This document shows, one piece after another, positions 43,561 to 50,980 of a stretch of 50,980 nucleotides of DNA. A model generated the notes under the pieces. That model did no database searches. It saw only the letters and a list, made by a program, of their open reading frames with translations, and was not told the origin of the DNA. Each line of letters begins with the position of its first letter. Position 1 is the first letter of the stretch. The DNA comes from Planctomycetota bacterium. Its GTDB lineage: Bacteria; Planctomycetota; Phycisphaerae; WQYP01. Position numbers and translations under genes: made by a program. The stretch lies in the NCBI GenBank assembly GCA_021804985.1, contig JAJZGD010000003.1, forward strand, positions 1-50,980, given 5' to 3'.

Positions 43561-46113
43561 TCATCCCCAGCGGATCAGTTGCGGTTCGAGTCGCAATTTC
43601 ACGCTGGGGTGCTCGGGCAAAACCCGTACCGTGTAGCCTTGCTGTCCGCAGCTGCCGGGACGGATGGCGCCGACGTATTGGTAGACCCCGGTTTCCACCG
43701 CTGCGCCCATGGCCATGCCCTGGATGGTCGCCCCCTGGATGTTGCCGGCGGCATCCAGCGGCCCGAAATACAATTCGACGCGCACATGATCCGGCGGAAT
43801 CTCACCGAGCGCCACGGTGGCATAAACCTTGACACTTTCCCCGGCTTTAACCACGCCGTCGATATGCTCATCGGTGCCGCGCACCTGAACTTTGGCCCAT
43901 CCCTGGTGCATCTTGCGGCGCCAATCTGCCAGGGCCGAGGCGCCCGCCCCATGGCCCTGACCGAGCTGCCAATAAGATTTGTCCGCGGGGATGTAGAATT
44001 TGTCCGCATATTCCTGCACCATCCGGTTGGTATTGAAGACCGGGCAAATGGTACGAATGGAATTTTTCATGCGCTTGATCCAGCCGCGTGGCAGGCCGTC
44101 GAGGCTGCGATCGTAGTAGAGGGGCACCGCGGATTTTTCGATGATATCAAAAAGTCTTCGCGATTCGATGTCATCCTGATATTCATCATTGCCATAGTCT
44201 TCGCCGCTGCCGATGGCCCAGCCGTTTTCACCGTCGAAGGCTTCACACCACCAGCCATCGAGAATACTGAGATTCAGCACACCGTTGATGGCCGCCTTCA
44301 TGCCGCTGGTGCCAGAGGCTTCCATGGGTCGGCGCGGGGTGTTCATCCAAATATCGACGCCCTGTGTCATGTGGCGGGCAATATTAATGTTGTAATCTTC
44401 GAGAAACACAATTCGTCCGCGCACATCATGCCGCTGGGCAAAGCGGTGGATGTCCTGAATAAAATGTTTGCCGCCGTCGTCGCGGGGATGGGCCTTGCCT
44501 GCAAAGAGGAAGTTAACGGGGCGTTCGGAATCCTTGAGCAGCTTAAGCAGGCGATCCATATTGCGCAGCAGCAGGGTGGCTCGTTTGTAGGTGGCAAAGC
44601 GCCGGGCGAAACCGATGAGCAGTGTGCGCGAATTAAGCACTTCATCAATGCGGCCGAGATCTGCGGCCGTGGCGCCGGTGCGCAGCATCTGATCGGAGAG
44701 TCGCTGGCGGACAAAACCGATGAGCCGCTCTTTGCGTCGCTCATGCACGCGCCACAGTTCGGAATCGGGAATTTTGTCGGTTCTTGCCCACACGCTGTGA
44801 TCAGCCGGGCGTTCAGACCAGTTGGCCCCGAGATATTCCTGATACAGGCGCGCCGAGCCTTCGGCCAGCCATGATTGCGTATGAACGCCATTGGTAATGT
44901 GCGTAATCGGAATTTCCGGCAGTGGAACTTCGGGCCAGATGCGCTGCCACATTCCACGTGACACGTCGCCATGAAGTTTGCTCACGCCGTTGCATTGCCA
45001 CGCCATGCGTAAGGCCAGGATGGTCATGCCGAAATTTTCGTTACGATCTTCAGGATTGACGCGCCCGAGGGCCACAAATTCGTCCATCGATATGCCGAGC
45101 TTCGAATAGTAGCCGCCGAAATAGCGCTCAATCATCTCGCGGGCAAAGTGGTCGTTGCCCGCCGGTACCGGGGTGTGGGTGGTAAAAGCGTTGCTGGCGG
45201 CGACAATTTCGCGGGCCTCGGCAAATGAGAGCTTCGCCTCATCCATCAGCACGCGGCATCTTTCCAAAGCCAGAAATGCTGAATGCCCTTCATTCATGTG
45301 GCACACCGTGGGCGTAATGCCGAGTGCCGCGAGCATCCGAATGCCGCCGATGCCCAGCACAATTTCCTGGCGGATGCGCATTTCCTGATCGCCCCCGTAC
45401 AGCCGGGCGGTGATCTCGCGATCTTCCGGTCGATTGTCGGGCAGGTTGGTATCGAGGGCGTAAATGGTGACGCGGCCGACGGCTATTTTCCACGCCTGAA
45501 TATTGACGCGCGAGCCGGGCATATCCACAAAGGTTCGCACCGGTTGCTGGTCGGCGCCGAGGACGGGCTTGATCGGCATGGAGAAAAAGTTGTTTTCGGG
45601 GTTAAGTTCCTGCTGCCAGCCATCGGGATTGAGCCGCTGGTGAAAATATCCGTCGCGGTACAAAAGGCCGACACCCACCAGCGGTAGCCCGAGTTCGCTG
45701 GCGCTTTTCATATGGTCGCCGGAGAGAACGCCGAGGCCGCCGGAATAGATGGGCAGGCATTCATGCAGACCATATTCAGCGGAGAAATAGGCGATCCGCG
45801 CCTTGCTGCCCGGTTGATTGAGGCTGAACCATGTGGGCTGCTGCATGTAGTAGCGAAAATCAGCCACCACTCGGTTGTAATGCGCCAGAAAACCTTCATC
45901 GAGCGTTGCAGCCTGAAGTTTTTCCTGACTGATGAGATTAAGCAGGGCGACGGGGTTATGGTCGGTCTGCTCCCAAAGGTCCGGATCAAGCCGATTGAAA
46001 AGGCTTACCGCATCATATTTCCAGAGGGACCAAATATTGTACGCAAGATCATTAAGGGCAGAGAGTTTTTCGGGTACGGCCGGTACGACGACAAAACGAT
46101 GCACAGTGGCCAT
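43561..46113 (-). CDS. glgP: alpha-glucan phosphorylase (GT35, maltodextrin/glycogen phosphorylase)
   Basis: AYFSAEYGLHECLPIYSGGLGVLSGDH, NEGHSAF, and the PLP-lysine block PRRPMEASGTSGMKAAINGVLNLSILDGWW. Confidence 0.9.
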   Translation of the reverse strand: MATVHRFVVVPAVPEKLSALNDLAYNIWSLWKYDAVSLFNRLDPDLWEQTDHNPVALLNLISQEKLQAATLDEGFLAHYNRVVADFRYYMQQPTWFSLNQPGSKARIAYFSAEYGLHECLPIYSGGLGVLSGDHMKSASELGLPLVGVGLLYRDGYFHQRLNPDGWQQELNPENNFFSMPIKPVLGADQQPVRTFVDMPGSRVNIQAWKIAVGRVTIYALDTNLPDNRPEDREITARLYGGDQEMRIRQEIVLGIGGIRMLAALGITPTVCHMNEGHSAFLALERCRVLMDEAKLSFAEAREIVAASNAFTTHTPVPAGNDHFAREMIERYFGGYYSKLGISMDEFVALGRVNPEDRNENFGMTILALRMAWQCNGVSKLHGDVSRGMWQRIWPEVPLPEIPITHITNGVHTQSWLAEGSARLYQEYLGANWSERPADHSVWARTDKIPDSELWRVHERRKERLIGFVRQRLSDQMLRTGATAADLGRIDEVLNSRTLLIGFARRFATYKRATLLLRNMDRLLKLLKDSERPVNFLFAGKAHPRDDGGKHFIQDIHRFAQRHDVRGRIVFLEDYNINIARHMTQGVDIWMNTPRRPMEASGTSGMKAAINGVLNLSILDGWWCEAFDGENGWAIGSGEDYGNDEYQDDIESRRLFDIIEKSAVPLYYDRSLDGLPRGWIKRMKNSIRTICPVFNTNRMVQEYADKFYIPADKSYWQLGQGHGAGASALADWRRKMHQGWAKVQVRGTDEHIDGVVKAGESVKVYATVALGEIPPDHVRVELYFGPLDAAGNIQGATIQGMAMGAAVETGVYQYVGAIRPGSCGQQGYTVRVLPEHPSVKLRLEPQLIRWG

Positions 46114-46251
46114 CGCGACTCCTTATAGCGCAAAAGTCCAACCTCATTTACCACACTCCTCCGGCCTTACGTATCGGCAGTATATGAGGAATTCTTTGCC
46201 GCGTCTAAACGGGAATCCGGATTTAACGTGCGAAGGTCAGACGGCGAGGTT

Positions 46252-47382
46252 TCAGCGGGCCAGCGCCCGCCACAGTGGTGAGGCAAATTCATCCGGGCGC
46301 TGAGCATGCCACACATAAAGAAAACAACAGGCCGTGGGCACATGATTTGGCGCGATCACGCTGACCGTGCGCGTGGCGAGGTTCCGCCAACATTGAATCA
46401 CCACATTTTCTCCGGCGACACGCAAGTGAACAACGCCCGCGAGATTTTTGATCCGAAAAAGCTTGCGGATGGGCAAAGGATGCCAACGCTTCTTGAGATA
46501 CAGCGCCAAAATGCGCGACTTGGCGGCAGGGTGCGCATGGTTCCAGCGCGGCCAAACGGGGTAGTGAAAATCGGTCGGGTCATGATCATACGAATTGTAA
46601 ATATCTTTCCGGTACGCGGGGAACAGGCGCGGAATGCCTTCAATCATGGTCGTCTGTGGAAACATCGATTTCCATTGGTGCCACGTCACCAGCGAGAAAG
46701 GCAGCGGGCGCAGCTTGCGATGCCTGCCGGCTGCCGGCCCGGTGATGGCGCGGCACTGGATCGGTGACCAGAGGCTTTCCTGCGCGTTGGTTGCCGCCAC
46801 GTTGTAAATCACGCTGTTGCCATTGCAAATCAGGCCGCTGTATCCGAACCGGCGTATCCGGCCGCCGATGGTCCGGCTGAATACCATGGCACACGAAGCG
46901 AAGGGATCCCACGTGACAACAATCGGTTGGCCGCCGAGCCGATCATTGATCACCTGATGCCAATTCATAATAGGCACAGGATACGCGCGGGCCTGCCCGT
47001 CAATGACCACGCCAATCACACGATCCGGCCCCTGAATATAGCCGCCCGAATCGGCCAGGCCGGCGTTGATCGACGCCACCCGCGCGGGGGTTATCGTATA
47101 CGGATTGTTCAATGCGGCGAGGGCATTTTTGCAGTTGCCGCCCGCGATGATATCTTTTCGCGGCACCAGGCAAGGCGAAAGCGGGAACTGATAGCTCTTT
47201 ACGTGCACACCATCGCCGACGATCGGGTGAACCTGACCATGCGCCAGCGGCAGAACGATCTTTTTAATGACCAGCCCGATGGTAATCGCTGCCACCAGCG
47301 CCATGATCCACCAGCCGGATGAAAAGAAGCGTTTAATCACATGCGGCCCATCGGTTTGCGGAGTCTGGTGCAAACATCGCAC
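46252..47382 (-). CDS. DUF3179 domain-containing protein
   Basis: N-terminal TM, then VIGVVIDGQARAYPVPIMNWHQVINDRLGGQPIVVTWDPF...GYSGLICNGNSVIYN...SLWSPI, the pattern I associate with DUF3179. The start is uncertain. Confidence 0.65.
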   Translation of the reverse strand: MRCLHQTPQTDGPHVIKRFFSSGWWIMALVAAITIGLVIKKIVLPLAHGQVHPIVGDGVHVKSYQFPLSPCLVPRKDIIAGGNCKNALAALNNPYTITPARVASINAGLADSGGYIQGPDRVIGVVIDGQARAYPVPIMNWHQVINDRLGGQPIVVTWDPFASCAMVFSRTIGGRIRRFGYSGLICNGNSVIYNVAATNAQESLWSPIQCRAITGPAAGRHRKLRPLPFSLVTWHQWKSMFPQTTMIEGIPRLFPAYRKDIYNSYDHDPTDFHYPVWPRWNHAHPAAKSRILALYLKKRWHPLPIRKLFRIKNLAGVVHLRVAGENVVIQCWRNLATRTVSVIAPNHVPTACCFLYVWHAQRPDEFASPLWRALAR

Positions 47383-47414
47383 CGGCCCCTGAGGGAAACA
47401 AGAAATTCACAGCA

Positions 47415-48401
47415 TCAATAATAATGAGTGACATGCAGCACCAGTGGGTGCCGGGCGCCGGTGGCGTGCGATTCATGCGGCACCCGATCAATGACCAGAG
47501 CGCCAAGCAGCAAAGGCAGATAAATGACGCTGGCGAGAAAAAGCCGCCGGGCGGTGGTCCGCGTGCGCTGCATACGAAAACCGATGGCCAACAGCACCAG
47601 GGCGGTGCCCAATGCAGCGGCGATGGCGGCAAACGCGGCGCCCGCCGAGCCAAGCAGCGTCAGCGCCACCGAAATAGGGAGCAGAAGCAAACTATAGAGC
47701 ACGGCCATATTCGCCGTGAGAACCCCGCGCGGGTCGCGCATGGGCAGCATGCGAAACCCCGCACGCGCATAATCATCTTTATACATCCATGAAAGCGCCA
47801 AAAAATGCGGTATCTGCCAGATAAAGAGAATGCCGGCCAGCAGCCAGGCGGCTAAAGCCAGATGCCCTGTGGCCGCGGCATAGCCCATCAACGGCGGAAT
47901 ACCGCCGCAAACGGCGCCCACCAGTGTGTTCAACGTAGTGATGCGCTTGAGCGGCGTATAGATAAAGGCATAGATCACCAAGTTCGCAAGCCCCATACCG
48001 CACACCAACGCATTGGTGCCGACGAGCAGCAGCACGGCACCAAATGTGCCGGTGAAAATCGCCAAGAGCAGCGCCGTGGATCGCGTGAGCCGGCCGGTCG
48101 GCAGCGGCCGCATGCGCGTGCGTAACATCAGAGAATCCGGGCCGGTTTCCCACCATTGGTTTAGGGCCGATGCGCTGCCGGCGAGAAGCCATGTTCCCAA
48201 GCCGACCGCAAGCAAAACCAGCCAGTGCACCGAGCGGCCCGAGCCCAGGAAAAAGCCTACCAATGTGGTGATTACCACCATTCCCGTGAGGCGCAGCTTC
48301 ACCAGCGTAGCCATGTCCGAAAGCATGCTCGTCGGGCGTGCCGCATCGGCCAGCGCATCATCGGGCTTAAGTTCTGCGGGACTGTGGGCTGCTACACTCA
48401 T
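47415..48401 (-). CDS. ctaB: protoheme IX farnesyltransferase (heme O synthase)
   Basis: UbiA-family polytopic protein with NQWWETGPDSLMLRTRMRPLPTGRL and YKDDYARAGFRMLP motifs. Confidence 0.9.
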   Translation of the reverse strand: MSVAAHSPAELKPDDALADAARPTSMLSDMATLVKLRLTGMVVITTLVGFFLGSGRSVHWLVLLAVGLGTWLLAGSASALNQWWETGPDSLMLRTRMRPLPTGRLTRSTALLLAIFTGTFGAVLLLVGTNALVCGMGLANLVIYAFIYTPLKRITTLNTLVGAVCGGIPPLMGYAAATGHLALAAWLLAGILFIWQIPHFLALSWMYKDDYARAGFRMLPMRDPRGVLTANMAVLYSLLLLPISVALTLLGSAGAAFAAIAAALGTALVLLAIGFRMQRTRTTARRLFLASVIYLPLLLGALVIDRVPHESHATGARHPLVLHVTHYY

Positions 48402-48519
48402 CGAGGTTTACTCACAAATCGGCTACCGCCAGCCGGCATTATACATTCTAGCCTTGGGAGCCGCGCCGCAGAGGGGGGGTAAAAAGCACCATCGCCCGCA
48501 ATAAACCGTACGGGGAAGA

Positions 48520-49830
<1,311 letters not shown>

Positions 49831-50100
49831 TCAAATATTAATTTCACCGGCGCGGCGGCGTACAGGCATTTCCGCTTTCAAGCGGTGCATCACGGGGTGT
49901 CAAGGTAGCAGAAAATCCGCGGTTTTTCCATGGCCAATCACTTCGGGCTATGCGGGTGGGAAGCGGGTGGATGCGGCGGTGGCGTTCTGGCCGCCATGCC
50001 GGCGCCAAAATGGTGGCGTAACCGCCAGCGCCCCTTACACACCGCGCCCGCGCTGCCGCGCCTCGCACGCAGCAGGCCATCCCCGCGCGCGCCCAATCAT

Positions 50101-50340
50101 GTTAAGCCGGCTGAGCCTGCTGGCCGCGGGTCGTGTTGTCGCGGCGTGCTGCCCGCAGGCAGCCTCTGTGCCTCTGCGCCTCTGCGTGAGACAACCGTCG
50201 TTTCAGTTAATTTAATGAATCATGCCTCCGGCATGATGTAATTATTTAATATCTCACGCAGAGAAGGGGAGACGCAGAGAACGACGACGGCGCGCCACCC
50301 CCGCGCCATTAAGCCGGCCAGCCTGCTTTACCGCGCCTCG
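50101..50340. repeat. interspersed repeat family A, copy 4 (complete ~130-nt imperfect palindrome plus outer modules)
   Basis: CCTCTGTGCCTCTGCGCCTCTGCGTGAGA...AATCATGCC-tcc-GGCATGAT...TCTCACGCAGAGAAGGGGAGACGCAGAGA, centred near 50231. It is the reverse-complement counterpart of 8098-8255, minus a ~45-nt internal segment. Confidence 0.75.
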
Positions 50341-50379
50341 TCGCCCCTGCGTAAAAAATATGAAATTTCAATTTTCCCC

Positions 50380-50407
50380 TTGACACCGCCAATTGGGATG
50401 ATATTCT
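50380..50407 (+). promoter_or_regulatory. sigma70-like promoter candidate (TTGACA-16 nt-TATTCT) with an A/T-rich upstream tract
   Basis: Consensus -35 TTGACA at 50380-50385 and TATTCT at 50402-50407, preceded by GTAAAAAATATGAAATTTCAATTTT. It points toward the hairpin and microsatellite downstream. Confidence 0.35.
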
Positions 50408-50500
50408 TTCCGCGTCGAATTTGTCGGGCAGTTTGTTTTCGCCTACGCAGCCTTGGGGATTGGTAATGTGCGGTGCCGAAAAAGACTCAGCTTCCTCTCT

Positions 50501-50523
50501 CACAATGGCCTCGGGCCATTGTG
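50501..50523 (+). other. perfect 10-bp hairpin CACAATGGCC-tcg-GGCCATTGTG
   Basis: Read directly from the sequence. It lies 16 nt upstream of the octamer repeat. Confidence 0.8.
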
Positions 50524-50538
50524 GCGGCGCACGCAGCG

Positions 50539-50700
50539 CAGCCCGACAGCCCGACAGCCCGACAGCCCGACAGCCCGACAGCCCGACAGCCCGACAGCCC
50601 GACAGCCCAACAGCCCAACAGCCCAACAGCCCAACAGCCCAACAGCCCAACAGCCCAACAGCCCAACAGCCCAACAGCCCAACAGCCCAACAGCCCAATA
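50539..50700 (+). repeat. octanucleotide microsatellite: 8 x CAGCCCGA then about 12 x CAGCCCAA
   Basis: Counted from the sequence. GCCCGACA units run 50541-50604, GCCCAACA units 50605-50692, and the last unit is degenerate (GCCCAATA). The unit length is not a multiple of 3. Confidence 0.9.
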
Positions 50701-50737
50701 TTATAGCGCGGTAACCGCAGCGCATTCCTCGCGCCCT

Positions 50738-50772
50738 AAGCCGGCCAGCCTGCTGGCCGCGCCTCGTCATCG
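50738..50772. repeat. partial family A outer module (direct repeat of 50309-50343)
   Basis: CTAAGCCGGCCAGCCTGCTGGCCGCGCCTCGTC compared with TTAAGCCGGCCAGCCTGCTTTACCGCGCCTCGTC. The two copies bracket the promoter-hairpin-microsatellite segment. Confidence 0.6.
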
Positions 50773-50791
50773 CTCGACAGCCCGCCGCCTC

Positions 50792-50980
50792 GTGCCATGC
50801 GTCCGCCTGGCCGCCTTCGCCGCCGCCATTTTGGTTTTTTTCCTCGCATGGCCTTTCGCCAGCCCTGCGTTCGCGGCCCCCGCATTTGCCGCCGCGGCAC
50901 CGGTCGCCGCGGCGCCCCACGCCGCTGCTCCGCCCGCACGGCTTCCACCAACTCCCCTCAGCGAATTTTCCCTCCATTGC
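50792..50980 (+). CDS. possible secreted protein, N-terminal fragment (runs off the right edge)
   Basis: A GTG at 50792 opens a frame with no stop up to the window end: (M)PCVRLAAFAAAILVFFLAWPFASPAFAAPAFAAAAP..., which is signal-peptide-like with an AFA-AP site. The composition is Ala-rich in GC-rich DNA, so this is weak. Confidence 0.3.
   Translation, partial: MPCVRLAAFAAAILVFFLAWPFASPAFAAPAFAAAAPVAAAPHAAAPPARLPPTPLSEFSLHC

Noticed and set aside
50309-50977. 222-aa ORF on the minus strand (and the overlapping 50421-50714, 50473-50706 and 50487-50690 ORFs) with GCWAVGLL / PDSPTARQ repeats.
   Set aside because: The repetitive peptides are simply the 8-nt microsatellite read in rotating frames. 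The remainder is Arg/Gly-rich noise spanning a family A repeat.

Overview
This 50,980-bp window is GC-rich bacterial chromosome. Lineage-style features (K/A/P-rich tails on ribosome-associated proteins, a Tim44-like protein, a large YidC) suggest the PVC group (Planctomycetota/Verrucomicrobiota), but that is a low-confidence inference. About 80% is ordinary housekeeping: ABC exporter, queD-like, mnmG, msrA, msrB, pyrD, guaB, argS, rsfS, accA, pyrE, a kef-type antiporter, rnc, rluD, yidC, glgP, ctaB and eno. No rRNA, tRNA or CRISPR array was found.

The accessory part is an ~11-kb defence island (about 25.6-36.4 kb) between the antiporter and rnc, with every gene on the + strand:
- a PLD(HKD)-SNF2 helicase
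- a YhcG/DUF1016 PD-(D/E)xK nuclease cassette, bracketed by a duplicated helicase/methylase junction (a Campbell-integration signature)
- a 1373-aa Eco57I-type N6-adenine methyltransferase
- a 70-aa stub of an OLD/AAA_15 ATPase
- a stand-alone Abi/UG-type reverse transcriptase

The most unusual observation is inside the methyltransferase ORF. Between motif X (FYTP) and motif I (DPAIGSG) it carries, in frame, a complete REP-associated HUH/Y1 transposase (RAYT) domain. That domain has intact HUH and Tyr motifs and is flanked by 10 REP hairpins.

Other points worth a second look:
- a 52-nt poly-G run sitting in the loop of an inverted repeat
- two interspersed intergenic repeat families
- a 20-unit octanucleotide microsatellite downstream of a promoter-like site
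- an RsfS fused to a histone-H1-like tail

All functional calls come from motif recognition by eye. No database search, HMM scan or GC computation was run.
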